A stretch of 64,000 nt of DNA from an uncultured Desulfobacter sp. (GCA_963665095.1 OY762069.1:4256001-4320000); one strand, 5' to 3'; shown: positions 28,640 to 39,201, numbered from the stretch's first letter. Notes: a model not told the origin generated them from the letters alone. Made by a program: numbers and translations.

Positions 28640-30661
28640 TCAGGTTTTCCTTTTCCCCGGATTAAAGCGTTTGACCCGGGATCTGAACCGGGACGAGGCA
28701 GATTCAGGACAGGCTTTTTTATACCGGATAGAGATATACAGGTCCATCATATCCTGAAGCTCCTCAGCCATATCCGGTCTTTTTTTTATGCAGGACCGGA
28801 AAAAATCACAAGGGCCCTGGCCCGCTCCTCTTTCAAGCCCCTCTCGGGAAAGCTTTTTCAATAATTTCTGAAACGCCTCTGCCACAGGATCCCGGACTTT
28901 TCTGCGACCTGTAACAAGCCATCCCATAACCAAAGAAAATATCAGTATCCCGCCAAGGGTACTCCCCCCCAGCAGCAGGCCCGGGGAAATCTGCTTCAAC
29001 AAGCCGGCGGCCTTAAGCCAGGCCCGCTGCTCCAGGGCGGAATATCCTGTAAACCAGGCCTCCCACTCCAGGTTCAGGGCCTGAACCGCAAACTTGATCC
29101 GGGACAGCAGGGGCAGCGTACCCCTGTCAGCGATGTTGCCCATGGCGGATCCGTCCGGATTGGTGGTGATCCGCTCCGGGGCCACCACACTGGTCGGATC
29201 CACCCGGACCCAGCCGGCACTCTGGTCAAAATATTCCACCCAGGCATGGGCATAGGAGAGCCGGACAATGAGAAAGCCGCCAAAGGGATTGAACTCGCCG
29301 CCAAGGTAACCGCCCACCACCCTGGCCGGCACGCCGGCATGGTTAAGCAGAAAGGCAAGCGCCCCGGCAAAATGCTCACAATACCCTTTCCGTGTTGAAA
29401 AAAGAAAATCATCCATGGGATGATTCCCCAGAAGAGGCGGGGTCTTGATATAGGAAAAGCCCTGGTACCGAAAAAACGCCAGTGCTGCCTCAACCGTCTG
29501 TTTAACAGAGTCTGAAGAACGGCTGAACTCCTGTGCCAGCTGAACAGCTTTGGGGTTCATGGGGCCGTTTCCGGCAATGATCTGCCGGTTCAAAAGCGCT
29601 GCACCGGCAGAATCTGACACCTCTTCAATAGAGCCTCCGTGGGCAGAAAGGCGCGAAATTGCCCGGTACCGGCCTTTTTTGCCCATCCGTTTTAAAGAGA
29701 CAAGGGTGCTGTCTTCTCTTTTAACAGCCCAGGGCGGCCCCTCCAATGGCCGGTCCAGGGCCGGCAGTCTCTGGCCACCGTGTTCGGCCAGAATAATGGT
29801 CTGAACAATATCTCCTTGTTTTCTGTCCCCGCTTTTCCCCGGGACTGATCGTGTCTGGCGGGGCCATGGCCCTTTGACCGGGCGCCAGGCCCTGCCGTCA
29901 AAGGTCTGAAACACAATGGTCCGCCAGTAAAGCTGATCCGGCCGGGGTGGCTGAGGGTCGAAAAGAGCCATGAAAGCCGGATCCTGATTTTCCGACAGCT
30001 TGCTGACACTGCCGGGGGCAAGGGTTTCGGACAGTCCTGTTTGGGCGGTGGCAGGATTTTTTAAGCCGAACAGACTGTCGGGAAGACGGGGAAAAATCAG
30101 AAAAAGGACAGCGGCAAGGGGAACAGCCTGGGCCAGGATGGTACCGGCCAGACGGCGGCAGCGGGTATTGTCAAATTCCGGGGCATTGATGCTGATCAGC
30201 GCTGTGGTGGTAACAAATACACAAAAAAGCATATACACCATCACCCAAAGGCTTTCAGACCTGAAAAGGGAGGTGATGATAATAAAATAGGTCAACAGCA
30301 GGGTGATCATCCGGTGGCGGTGGGTGGGCATCTCAAATGGCTTTATGGCCGCCATGAGCGCCATCAGACCCACAAAGCCATCTGCACCGATGCGCATCCT
30401 GAAGGTCATCATAAGTCCGAATACCCCCAGGAAAGCCAGAAAATGCCGGACCGGGGCATTGGGCAGGGGCCATCTGGTCCTAAGCACCAGCAGCCGGTAT
30501 CCCCACATGACAAGGCACCAGACAGTTATCCACAAAGGCAGACCTGGCACATGGGGCGCAATGGCCGTGATCAGGGCAAGGATAATAAGAAAGGTCTGCC
30601 TGTTTTCACCAGGGGCGCCAGAGCGTTCCCCGGCCAGAGCTGTGCCGGCTGCGCTATCCAT
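28640..30661 (-). CDS. DUF3488/transglutaminase-like membrane protein (TgpA family)
   Basis: N-terminal TMs, LFLIFPRL, GYCEHFA, HAWVE, WVRVDPT (Cys-His-Asp); start uncertain. Confidence 0.9.
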   Translation of the reverse strand: MDSAAGTALAGERSGAPGENRQTFLIILALITAIAPHVPGLPLWITVWCLVMWGYRLLVLRTRWPLPNAPVRHFLAFLGVFGLMMTFRMRIGADGFVGLMALMAAIKPFEMPTHRHRMITLLLTYFIIITSLFRSESLWVMVYMLFCVFVTTTALISINAPEFDNTRCRRLAGTILAQAVPLAAVLFLIFPRLPDSLFGLKNPATAQTGLSETLAPGSVSKLSENQDPAFMALFDPQPPRPDQLYWRTIVFQTFDGRAWRPVKGPWPRQTRSVPGKSGDRKQGDIVQTIILAEHGGQRLPALDRPLEGPPWAVKREDSTLVSLKRMGKKGRYRAISRLSAHGGSIEEVSDSAGAALLNRQIIAGNGPMNPKAVQLAQEFSRSSDSVKQTVEAALAFFRYQGFSYIKTPPLLGNHPMDDFLFSTRKGYCEHFAGALAFLLNHAGVPARVVGGYLGGEFNPFGGFLIVRLSYAHAWVEYFDQSAGWVRVDPTSVVAPERITTNPDGSAMGNIADRGTLPLLSRIKFAVQALNLEWEAWFTGYSALEQRAWLKAAGLLKQISPGLLLGGSTLGGILIFSLVMGWLVTGRRKVRDPVAEAFQKLLKKLSREGLERGAGQGPCDFFRSCIKKRPDMAEELQDMMDLYISIRYKKACPESASSRFRSRVKRFNPGKRKT

Positions 30662-31592
30662 CACCAAACAGGGCCAGGGACTCAAGGCACTGGTAAAAAT
30701 GCCGGTCCCCTTTTCCGGGTTCATGAAAAATACCCTCTTTCAGCCGCAGACCGTAGAATATTCCGGCACGCCGCGCATCAATAAGGGCCTGGCATAAAAT
30801 GGAGAGCTTTGCCTCCATCCCTCCTGTTTTAATGAGATCCAGATCAAGCAGCACCTGCTGGCCGGCGTCTGCACTGGAAAAATTCTTCACGAACAGCCCC
30901 TGCCCCCTGGAATAGGTTTTCCATGCAATCCGGCCCAGGGGGCTGCCCGGGATATAGGGGTTTAATCCCTGAAAATCGTCAGGCTCGGAGCCGGCTGGAT
31001 TTTTTGCGTGACGGGTGCTGTTGTCCTGCGTGTCATCCCCCTGCCCTGACCTTCCCCGGGACAGGCGTCCTTTTAGAGGTTCCGGATAGACCAATCCACC
31101 TGCATTTAAAGGCAGGCTGGCAGACAGGCGGAACAGGCCAAAGGGATATGAAGAAAAAACCTCCAGGGTGCCCGGTTCAAAGCGGCCTCTTTTCCGGGTA
31201 TCAACCACAAGGTCTGTGCGGTGCCGGCTGTGCTGGATTTCAGTGACCGGTATATTCTTAAAAGCCATGCTTAAAGAGTGACCTGCGACAGGCTCTTTGC
31301 TCCGGCCCATGGCATCCCCCTTCAGAGGCTCTGCTTTAATCTGAAAGGGAAAAATCAAGGGCTGTCCGGCAAATACGCCCTGGACATCCAGAAGGGCAAC
31401 ATCAAGTCCCAGAAGATTTCGAAACGAGTGGAACAACGAGATAAACGTCATGCTGCCCAGAAGAAACACCAGGGCAAACCCGGCATTGTTGTTGTAGTTG
31501 ATTGAGCCAAGCAGCATTGCAATGAGAATGGTGAGGAAAAGCAGGCCCTGACCTGTGGGGCGAAAGGAGAGATGGGACCTTTCAACCCGCAT
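30654..31592 (-). CDS. DUF58 family protein
   Basis: GSINYNNN, YPFGLF, LVYPEP, DFQGLNPYIPG..RIAWK; standard moxR-DUF58-tgpA order. Confidence 0.88.
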   Translation of the reverse strand: MRVERSHLSFRPTGQGLLFLTILIAMLLGSINYNNNAGFALVFLLGSMTFISLFHSFRNLLGLDVALLDVQGVFAGQPLIFPFQIKAEPLKGDAMGRSKEPVAGHSLSMAFKNIPVTEIQHSRHRTDLVVDTRKRGRFEPGTLEVFSSYPFGLFRLSASLPLNAGGLVYPEPLKGRLSRGRSGQGDDTQDNSTRHAKNPAGSEPDDFQGLNPYIPGSPLGRIAWKTYSRGQGLFVKNFSSADAGQQVLLDLDLIKTGGMEAKLSILCQALIDARRAGIFYGLRLKEGIFHEPGKGDRHFYQCLESLALFGDG

Positions 31593-32509
31593 TACAAAGG
31601 CACCTGTACCTGTTGAAACGCGGCTGTGATTTCTGCCGGGGAACAGTGGCCAGTCCCCTGAACCGGCGAAAGCCTGTGGCCGGCTACCCAGGGCAGGATG
31701 TGCTGAAGGTCTTCGGGCAGGGTGTGGTCCCGGCCACTGATGCGGGCCCAGGCCCGGGATGCTCTAAGCAGGGAAAGTCCTGCCCGGGGGGAGAGACCAA
31801 TCTCAAACCGGCCCGACGTCCTTGAAAAATCCAGGATATCCTGCAGGTAGGCCAGAAAATGATCCGAGGCATGGACCTGCTCGACTTCTTTCTGGATCTC
31901 CAGCACCTGGTCCGGGGTGAGGTAACGCGCATCCGCCTTTATTACCGGCGGCCTGTACTGGCCTTTAAGGATGCGATTTTCTGCCTCCCGGTCCGGATAT
32001 CCAAGGCTGATACGCATCAGAAACCGGTCCATCTGGGACTCTGGCAGCGGAAAGGTACCGGCCTGTTCCAGAGGATTCTGGGTGGCTATAACAAAAAACG
32101 GGGCGTTCAGGGGCCGGGTCTGGCCTTCCACGGTGACCTGGCCCTCTTCCATGGCTTCCAGGAGCGCACTCTGACTTTTGGGGGTGGCCCGGTTGATTTC
32201 ATCGGCCAGAAATACCTGGGTAAAAATGGGGCCGGAGTGAAAGGCAAACCCGCCTGTGTTTCTGTCAAACACCGAAACGCCGAGAATATCCCCGGGCAAA
32301 AGATCCGAGGTGAACTGCATGCGTTTGAAATCCAGCCCCATCTCAGCAGCCAGGGCCTTGGCCAGGGTGGTTTTGCCAATACCCGGAAAATCTTCAATCA
32401 AAAGATGTCCCTGGGCAAAAAAGCAGGCAAGGGCCAGGCGGATCTCGGATTCTTTTCCCAGAATTACCCGGGAAAGCCGGCCCACCATTTGTTCAATCGT
32501 GTCTGGCAT
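31592..32509 (-). CDS. MoxR family AAA+ ATPase
   Basis: PGIGKTT, QFTSDLLPGD, ADEINRA, ATQNP, LPESQMDRF. Confidence 0.95.
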   Translation of the reverse strand: MPDTIEQMVGRLSRVILGKESEIRLALACFFAQGHLLIEDFPGIGKTTLAKALAAEMGLDFKRMQFTSDLLPGDILGVSVFDRNTGGFAFHSGPIFTQVFLADEINRATPKSQSALLEAMEEGQVTVEGQTRPLNAPFFVIATQNPLEQAGTFPLPESQMDRFLMRISLGYPDREAENRILKGQYRPPVIKADARYLTPDQVLEIQKEVEQVHASDHFLAYLQDILDFSRTSGRFEIGLSPRAGLSLLRASRAWARISGRDHTLPEDLQHILPWVAGHRLSPVQGTGHCSPAEITAAFQQVQVPL

Positions 32510-32515
32510 AGCCTT

Positions 32516-34057
32516 CTATTTTACTTTTCCTTTTTTCCAATTTCTGATCAGATTGATGAATGTCCGGGTGGCGGTTCCGGATGGCCCTTTGGGGATATAT
32601 GCCTTTTTGGTAAAATCCCATGCTGTCCCGGCAATGTCCAGGTGGGCCCAGGGGGTTTTCCCCACAAAATTGGAGAGATATGCGGCTGCTGTTATGGTGC
32701 CGGCCGGACGGCCACCGGTGTTTTTGATGTCTGCCACGTCCGATTCAATCTGCTTTTCATAATTTTTATTCAACGGCAGACGCCAGACCGGTTCCCCGGC
32801 CAGGCTGCCGGCAGTCTCAACCGCTTTGACCAGGGCGTCGTTATTTGACACAACCCCTGTATAGTGGTGGCCAAGGCCGATGATTACCGCACCGGTGAGG
32901 GTGGCGGCATCAAGTACGCAGGTGGGTTTATAGGTTTCAATACCATAGGCCAGGGCATCGCCCAGGATGAGCCGGCCTTCGGCATCGGTGTTGACCACCT
33001 CGCTGGTCACCCCGTTGTAATGGCGGATGATGTCCCCCGGGTGCAGGGCTTTGGAACCGGACATATTGTCCGTGGCAGGGACAATGGCCACCACTCCCAC
33101 ATCAGGCTTCTCAATGGCCACAGCCTGCATGGCGCACATGACTGCGGCCCCGCCGCACATGTCGTATTTCATCTCCTCCATGCCGGCGGACGGTTTGATG
33201 CTGATGCCCCCGGAATCAAAGGTCAGGCCCTTGCCCACAAGAAGAATCGTTTCTCCGGCACCTTCCGGCAGATACTCCAAAATCACCATGCGCGGCGGCA
33301 CATAGGAGCCCTGGTTCACTGCCAGAAGACCTCCCATGCCCATCTTCTCCATATCTTTCTTCTCCAGACAACGGTAGCCCAGACCGGTGTCCGCAGCCAG
33401 TTGTTTGGCATAGGAGGCAAAATCGGCAGAGGTCCAGTTGTTGCCCGGCTCATTGGCCATGTCCCTTGCCGTGCACGCTGAAAAACTGGCGGTTTTGGCA
33501 CTCTCAACCCCCTGGCGTACGATCTTAAGATTGTCTTTGCAGACAAATTTCAAGGCGCCCAGGCCAGGGTAGTCGGTCTTCTTTCTGGTACTTTCCTTAT
33601 ATTTTTCGAACCGGTAATCACCAAGGATAATCCCTTCGGCCAGTGCACCGGCAGCCTCTCCCAGGTCAGCCACACCAGGGGAGAGAAGCTTTGGCTCAGG
33701 CAGACAGATAACCGCATCTTTGGCTTTGACTTTTGCGCATACCTTTGCAACCTGTCCCCCGGCTTCCCTGAGCGTGTCAAGGGCCGTACCTTTGTCCTTT
33801 TCCTTGTTCACAGCCCCTGTGCCGATAACCAGCACCCGTAACGCATTAATTTTTGAACGGGAGGGCGGATAAAACAGCAGCTCTTCGCCAGCCTTGCCGG
33901 AAAAGTCCTTCAGGTCAAAAGCGGCTTTCACCTGGCTCTGAACTTTAGCGTCGCAAAGAGGCGCTTTCCCCTTTGACTCAACAGCCAGATATACCAGAAG
34001 ATCGGTTTTAATTGTTTCAGCAGCTTTGGTAATGGTAGTGATACGGTCTTTTTTCAT
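32516..34057 (-). CDS. pepA: Leucyl aminopeptidase (M17)
   Basis: GKGLTFDSGG, MKYDMCG, NTDAEGRL, ATLTGA, HLDIAG. Confidence 0.96.
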   Translation of the reverse strand: MKKDRITTITKAAETIKTDLLVYLAVESKGKAPLCDAKVQSQVKAAFDLKDFSGKAGEELLFYPPSRSKINALRVLVIGTGAVNKEKDKGTALDTLREAGGQVAKVCAKVKAKDAVICLPEPKLLSPGVADLGEAAGALAEGIILGDYRFEKYKESTRKKTDYPGLGALKFVCKDNLKIVRQGVESAKTASFSACTARDMANEPGNNWTSADFASYAKQLAADTGLGYRCLEKKDMEKMGMGGLLAVNQGSYVPPRMVILEYLPEGAGETILLVGKGLTFDSGGISIKPSAGMEEMKYDMCGGAAVMCAMQAVAIEKPDVGVVAIVPATDNMSGSKALHPGDIIRHYNGVTSEVVNTDAEGRLILGDALAYGIETYKPTCVLDAATLTGAVIIGLGHHYTGVVSNNDALVKAVETAGSLAGEPVWRLPLNKNYEKQIESDVADIKNTGGRPAGTITAAAYLSNFVGKTPWAHLDIAGTAWDFTKKAYIPKGPSGTATRTFINLIRNWKKGKVK

Positions 34058-34595
34058 ATGACACCTTTTCCCTGGATTTTAAAAGAGACAAACTAAATAA
34101 TGATTCCTGATATTTACCACAAAACAGCCCTTGGATAAAAGCCGAATAATTGGGGTCAGCATACCCCATTGCTTTTACCAGAGGCTGTCTGGAGCGGACA
34201 AAAATACCGCTGCCCCTGCCGATTTCTCTGTCCTGGTCATTATAGACAACCGCTTCGGATATAAACTGGGTTTTGTTTTGGTTCACCACCGTCCCCACGG
34301 CCCGCATCTGTCCGCCGGACACCGGTCTGGTCAGGTAGGTGGTGAAAGAGGTAGTCAAAACAAAAAATTCTTTTTCATATGAACTGGCGGCAAAAAAGGC
34401 GGCATCATCAAGCAGTTTAAAATAAACTGAGCCATGAACCGCCCTGGCTGCATGGAAAAATTTTTCGCTTAAGTTAATGGTAATCTCTGCCCGGCCTAAA
34501 CTCACCACCATGGTGGGACGGTACATCTCATTAATAGGGCCTGCCGCATACATGCGCTCCAGTGCCCGGAAATGGTCTGTTTCAGAAAAAGCCAT
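34017..34595 (-). CDS. PaaI/hotdog thioesterase with apparent C-terminal read-through
   Basis: VHGSVYFKLLDDAAFFAA; tail after AMGY looks non-conserved and overlaps the pepA start. Confidence 0.8.
   Translation of the reverse strand: MAFSETDHFRALERMYAAGPINEMYRPTMVVSLGRAEITINLSEKFFHAARAVHGSVYFKLLDDAAFFAASSYEKEFFVLTTSFTTYLTRPVSGGQMRAVGTVVNQNKTQFISEAVVYNDQDREIGRGSGIFVRSRQPLVKAMGYADPNYSAFIQGLFCGKYQESLFSLSLLKSREKVSYEKRPYHYHYQSC
34145..34159. repeat. Half copy of repeat family B
   Basis: AATAATTGGGGTCAG, identical to the arms of the two palindromes. Confidence 0.6.
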
Positions 34596-34631
34596 AAGAC
34601 CTCTCAATCAACTGTTAATATTAAATTATTG

Positions 34632-34688
34632 AAATAATTGGGGTCAGAGTAAAATTAAAATTTAATTTTACTCTGACCCCAATTATTT
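34632..34688. repeat. 57-bp palindrome, repeat family B
   Basis: 28-bp perfect arms with 1-nt centre; includes the stop codon of the upstream Fe-S gene. Confidence 0.92.
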
Positions 34689-35978
34689 GGTTTTTTCCGC
34701 GTAAAGCTCTATGGGATGGCGGACCCGGATATTGGAACCGGCCTTTGCCAGCATGTCGGAGAGTTGCATCATGCAGGCCGGGCAGCCTGTGGCCACGGTG
34801 GTGCATCCGGTCTCCGCAATGGACTGCTGTTTGAGCCGGCCTATGGCACTTGATAACTCATAATGGTAAATGTTGAAACTGCCCCCCATACCGCAGCATC
34901 TGTCTGGTTCCGCCATCTCCACAAGCCTGCACCCTGCGGCCCGGATGACCTGGCGGGGCTGGGAAACCACGCCAAGTGATTTTTTCAGATGACAGGGGTC
35001 ATGGTAAGTAACGGTTTCTCCATGATCTTTTTGTGACCCTTCCGCTGGTTGCAGGCCTGCGTAATCCACCAGAAAAGCGCTGATGTCAAAAGTTTTCCTG
35101 GACAGAGCCTCAAGCTTTGCCTTTACCCCTGAAGACGGATTCGGGTAAACAGCGGGCCACAAATTTTTTATGGTAGCGGTGCAGGTGGCACAGGCTGTAA
35201 CCAGGACATCGAAGTTTCTTTCGTCAAAAATGGCCCGGTTATGTTCCACCAGGCGTTTGAAAGACGACATATCACCGGACGCCAGAGCGGGGATTCCGCA
35301 GCATCCCTGGTTGGCGGGAATGATCAGCCCTATATTGTGATGCTGCAGGACTTTAACACAAGCCCGCGCAATTCCTGGAAACACTTTATCAATAAGACAT
35401 CCGGTAAAAAACGCTGCTTTTAAATTTTTTCCGGGAAGGAAAAGTAGGGGCGCTTTTATCTCTTTGTGAAAAGAATTCGAAGCCAGAGGTACAAAATGAC
35501 GATCGTTAAGAAGTGGGGAGACCAGTCTGGCGCAGGACGTGCCCTGGGCATTGGCTTCGTCCCTGACAAACAGCCCCTGGAACCGGCCGGCCCATTCCGT
35601 AACCCGGTCAAAGAGGCGGGGGCTTGCCAGCATTTTTCTGAAGATCAATTTCTTCACCGGGGAGAGGGCGGTGTATTCAGCCAGAATAGCCCTGGCCCTG
35701 ATGAAAATCTCCACGGCGTTGACCCCGGACGGACAGTTGGCAGCACAGGACCCGCATAAAAGACACCGGTTCAGGCGTTCGTCCACACCCTGGGCGTCAG
35801 AAAACATATTCTCCATCAGCCCTGCAAGAAGCCTGATTTTCCCCCTTGCCACATCCGCTTCCCTGCGGGTCTGTTTAAAAAGAGGACACACAGACTGGCA
35901 CATCCCGCAGGAGACACAAATGCCAAGCTGTTTTTCAAGCGCCCTGACCCGGTCTGCCAGATCCTTCATATCCGCCAT
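34683..35978 (-). CDS. GlcF-like Fe-S/CCG-domain oxidoreductase subunit
   Basis: Two CxxCxxCxxxCP motifs, CCG x2, YHDPCHL. Confidence 0.88.
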   Translation of the reverse strand: MADMKDLADRVRALEKQLGICVSCGMCQSVCPLFKQTRREADVARGKIRLLAGLMENMFSDAQGVDERLNRCLLCGSCAANCPSGVNAVEIFIRARAILAEYTALSPVKKLIFRKMLASPRLFDRVTEWAGRFQGLFVRDEANAQGTSCARLVSPLLNDRHFVPLASNSFHKEIKAPLLFLPGKNLKAAFFTGCLIDKVFPGIARACVKVLQHHNIGLIIPANQGCCGIPALASGDMSSFKRLVEHNRAIFDERNFDVLVTACATCTATIKNLWPAVYPNPSSGVKAKLEALSRKTFDISAFLVDYAGLQPAEGSQKDHGETVTYHDPCHLKKSLGVVSQPRQVIRAAGCRLVEMAEPDRCCGMGGSFNIYHYELSSAIGRLKQQSIAETGCTTVATGCPACMMQLSDMLAKAGSNIRVRHPIELYAEKTK

Positions 35979-36004
35979 ATATATCAGCCTTTTTTGCTAT
36001 CTTC

Positions 36005-36156
36005 GTGTTTGAACGAAAAGTCACCCACCTGCGGCGTTGCTGCACAAAGCTGCAATCCTCACGTACTGAAGTACGCTCCGGTTGCAGCTTTGCTTGCGCC
36101 TTGCATCTGGGCAACTTTTCGTCCAAACACCAAACAAGGGGTTTTCGTTCAGGCAC
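36005..36156 (-). repeat. Structured MITE/REP-like repeat family A, full copy in reverse orientation
   Basis: Ends GTGTTTGAACGAAAA / TTTTCGTTCAGGCAC(TA); reverse complement aligns with 8491-8634. Confidence 0.85.
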
Positions 36157-36330
36157 TATCTTATTTTGCTGTTTTCAGCAGCACCATCTGCCGCCGGCCA
36201 AAAATTCAGCATACATTTCCGTCCTGTAAATATCAATCCTGGTCTGGTCCTCATTTCCCACTTATGGTAGTTTACTTTCTGTTATTTTACCGGGCTGCCG
36301 AATGTGCCAAAGGCTCACAGGATGGAAGAT

Positions 36331-36921
36331 ATGAAAGAAAGTACTCCGATTAAGACCTTTACTGATAATGCAACGCTTGTGTCTGCGAGAGTTTATCTGC
36401 AACAGACCCTGGACAGTGCATTTGAAAAAGCGGTGGAGCTGTGTGCCGGCAAACCGAAGCTTCAGCCCCAGATGCCACCCGTCCCGGCTTCAAGGGATAA
36501 AATAATGGCGGCCCCGAATTTGAACGAAGAGCTGTTTGGACTGCTGGCTGACAAATGCACCCGGACCGGTGGCATCGCCCTGATCCGGGACGAACTGCGC
36601 AATTACCCCGGCGGTATTGACATGGGAGTGACCATCATGGATTTCGGCATTGCAGAGACCGGCACCCTGGTGCTGGACGGCAGGTTCGAAGAGACCCGGC
36701 TTGCCACCATGCTGTCTGAATGGCATGTCGCCATATTGTTCACCTCAAAAATCCGGGAATCAGTCGCAGGCATGACAGATGAACTCAATGCCCTGATTGA
36801 GGAAACCGGTGCATACACCACCTTTATCACCGGGGCCAGCCGGACTGCGGACATAGAACGGGTACTGGCCATCGGGGTTCACGGACCTCTGGAACTGCAC
36901 ATCATTCTGGTGGAGGAATAA
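36331..36921 (+). CDS. LUD-domain lactate utilisation protein (LutC/LldG)
   Basis: GIAETGTL, ITGASRTADIE..GVHGP. Confidence 0.9.
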   Translation: MKESTPIKTFTDNATLVSARVYLQQTLDSAFEKAVELCAGKPKLQPQMPPVPASRDKIMAAPNLNEELFGLLADKCTRTGGIALIRDELRNYPGGIDMGVTIMDFGIAETGTLVLDGRFEETRLATMLSEWHVAILFTSKIRESVAGMTDELNALIEETGAYTTFITGASRTADIERVLAIGVHGPLELHIILVEE

Positions 36922-36924
36922 GCC

Positions 36925-39078
36925 ATGCCCCCCCCAAAAAACAAAAAATCAGGTGAAAGTTTAAAAGCATACAAAGGCCGTGTGGATTCAGCGATCCACA
37001 ACACCTTCCTGCGCCAGGCCATGGACAAATTTGCCGTGGCTTACCCGGACTCCAGAGCAAAGGCCTTTGCCGGCATGGATGATAAGGCATTAATTCGTAT
37101 TGTGACCGATATCAAGGCGGATGCCGTCCAAAGAAATGAGGAGCTCCTGGCAGCCTTTACAAAAAAAGCTGAAAGCAAGGGCATCCATGTGCACCTGGCA
37201 AAAACCGCTGAGGACGCCAACCGCATCATTGCAGACATTGCTGAAAAAACCGGTTCCCGGCATATTGTAAAATCCAAATCCATGACGGCAGAAGAGATCC
37301 ACCTCAACAAATACCTGGAAACCAGAAACATGGAGGTGGTGGAAACCGATCTTGGGGAGTGGATTGTCCAGCTGCGCAAAGAAGGGCCCTCTCATATGGT
37401 CATGCCCGCCATCCACCTTTCCAGGTTCCAGGTGGCGGACCTGTTTTCAGATGTAACCGGCACTGCCCAGGAGAGCGACATTGAAAAACTGGTCAAGGTG
37501 GCCAGAAAGGAGCTGCGGGAAAAATTTGTCCAGGCGGACATGGGGATAACAGGTGCCAATTTTGTGCTGGCAGACACCGGCACCATCGGCATTGTCACCA
37601 ACGAGGGCAATGCCCGGCTGGTCTCCACGCTGCCTAAAGTTCATGTGGCCCTGGCAGGCATTGACAAGCTTCTGCCCGGCATCAAAGAAGCCCTGGCCGT
37701 CAATAAGGTCCTGCCCAGAAACGCCACGGGCCAGGCCATTACATCCTATGTCACCTGGATCACAGGGCCGTCTGAATGCACCACCTGTGATAGCGGCAAA
37801 CGGGAGATGCATGTGGTCCTGCTGGATAACGGCCGAAGCGCCATTGCCAAAGATGTGGTTTTCTCACAAATCCTGCAGTGCGTCAGATGCGGGGCCTGTG
37901 CCAATGTCTGTCCGGTCTACCGGATGGTGGGAGGCCACCAGCTCGGCCATATCTACATCGGGGCCATCGGCCTGATCACCACCTATTTTTTCCATGGCCG
38001 GGAGCATGCCAGACACCTGGTCAAAAACTGCACCAACTGCGGGGCGTGCAGGGAAGTCTGTGCTGCAGGTATTGACCTGCCCAATCTCATCAAAGATGTC
38101 CACGCCAGAATACAGGACGAAGAGGGGCATCCGCTCCAAAGCATTCTGCTGGGCCAGGTGTTGAAAAGCAGAAAGCTCTTCCACAGCCTTCTGCGGGTGG
38201 CCCAAATGGCCCAGGGCCCCATGACCCGTAAGGAAAAAGGGGCGGTCTATCTGCGCCACCTGCCCATGATTTTTTCAGACCAGAATTTCCGGCGGCTGCC
38301 TGCCATTGCAAAAACCCCGTTCAGGGACAGATTTGCAAAGCAGCACAGGACATCTGCCCCACCCGGATTTAAAGTGGCCCTGTTTTCAGGGTGTGTTCAG
38401 GATTTTGTTTATCCTGAACATCTTGAAGCCGCCATGAAGGGATTTGTCCAGGTGGGTGCCAGAGTTTCCTTTCCCATGGCGCAGACATGCTGTGGCCTGC
38501 CCGCTGTAAGCATGGGCGAAAAAGCTGCGGCCAGGGATGTGGCCCTGCAAAACATTGATGCCTTTTACAATGAGGAGGCAGATTACATTGTCACCTTGTG
38601 CGCCTCCTGCGCCTCCCATCTGAAGCACGGGGTGCCCAGGCTGGTAAAAGATTATGCCCCGGACAAGGCGGCCGCATTTGCGGACAAGGTCATGACCTTC
38701 AGCCAGTTCATGGCCCATGTGGCCGGACTGAAGCCCCGGCCCGGAAGCGGGCGAAAGACAGCATTTCATTCCCCCTGCCACCTGTGCCGGGGATTAGGGG
38801 AAAAAACAGGGCCCTGCAAATTAATAGAAGCGGCAGGAAACACCTACGTGGCCACAGCGGAAGAAGAGACCTGCTGCGGTTTTGGCGGCAGCTTTTCAGC
38901 CAGCTATCCGGAAGTATCTAATGAAATCTTAACCCGCAAGCTGGATGATGTGGAAAAAAGTGGCGCAGCCCTGCTTGTCACTGAATGCCCGGGATGTGTG
39001 CTTCAACTGCGGGGAGGCACCCTGGAGCAGGGACGCGGCTTGGAAGTGCGTCACCTGGCTGAAATGCTATTCCCTTGA
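36925..39078 (+). CDS. L-lactate dehydrogenase large subunit (LutB-LutA fusion, LldH/LdhH type)
   Basis: KSKSMTAEE, ETDLGE, PSHMVMPAIH, NEGNARL, two ferredoxin motifs, two CCG domains. Confidence 0.9.
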   Translation: MPPPKNKKSGESLKAYKGRVDSAIHNTFLRQAMDKFAVAYPDSRAKAFAGMDDKALIRIVTDIKADAVQRNEELLAAFTKKAESKGIHVHLAKTAEDANRIIADIAEKTGSRHIVKSKSMTAEEIHLNKYLETRNMEVVETDLGEWIVQLRKEGPSHMVMPAIHLSRFQVADLFSDVTGTAQESDIEKLVKVARKELREKFVQADMGITGANFVLADTGTIGIVTNEGNARLVSTLPKVHVALAGIDKLLPGIKEALAVNKVLPRNATGQAITSYVTWITGPSECTTCDSGKREMHVVLLDNGRSAIAKDVVFSQILQCVRCGACANVCPVYRMVGGHQLGHIYIGAIGLITTYFFHGREHARHLVKNCTNCGACREVCAAGIDLPNLIKDVHARIQDEEGHPLQSILLGQVLKSRKLFHSLLRVAQMAQGPMTRKEKGAVYLRHLPMIFSDQNFRRLPAIAKTPFRDRFAKQHRTSAPPGFKVALFSGCVQDFVYPEHLEAAMKGFVQVGARVSFPMAQTCCGLPAVSMGEKAAARDVALQNIDAFYNEEADYIVTLCASCASHLKHGVPRLVKDYAPDKAAAFADKVMTFSQFMAHVAGLKPRPGSGRKTAFHSPCHLCRGLGEKTGPCKLIEAAGNTYVATAEEETCCGFGGSFSASYPEVSNEILTRKLDDVEKSGAALLVTECPGCVLQLRGGTLEQGRGLEVRHLAEMLFP

Positions 39079-39201
39079 TAAAAGCAGTGAAAATTTTCAA
39101 AACTGTACAAGCAGCTGTGTATAAACTATAAGGGCAAATGCTTTGATATCTTTGGTGTAACCGAAGAGGTGAAGCTATATATTTTAAAGGAGAATACAGG
39201 T

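Noticed and set aside
4356..36156. CRISPR interpretation of the repeats
   Set aside because: Copies are dispersed, with no repeat-spacer periodicity and no cas genes
35935..36353. Several short ORFs between the Fe-S gene and lutC
   Set aside because: They are translations of the family A repeat
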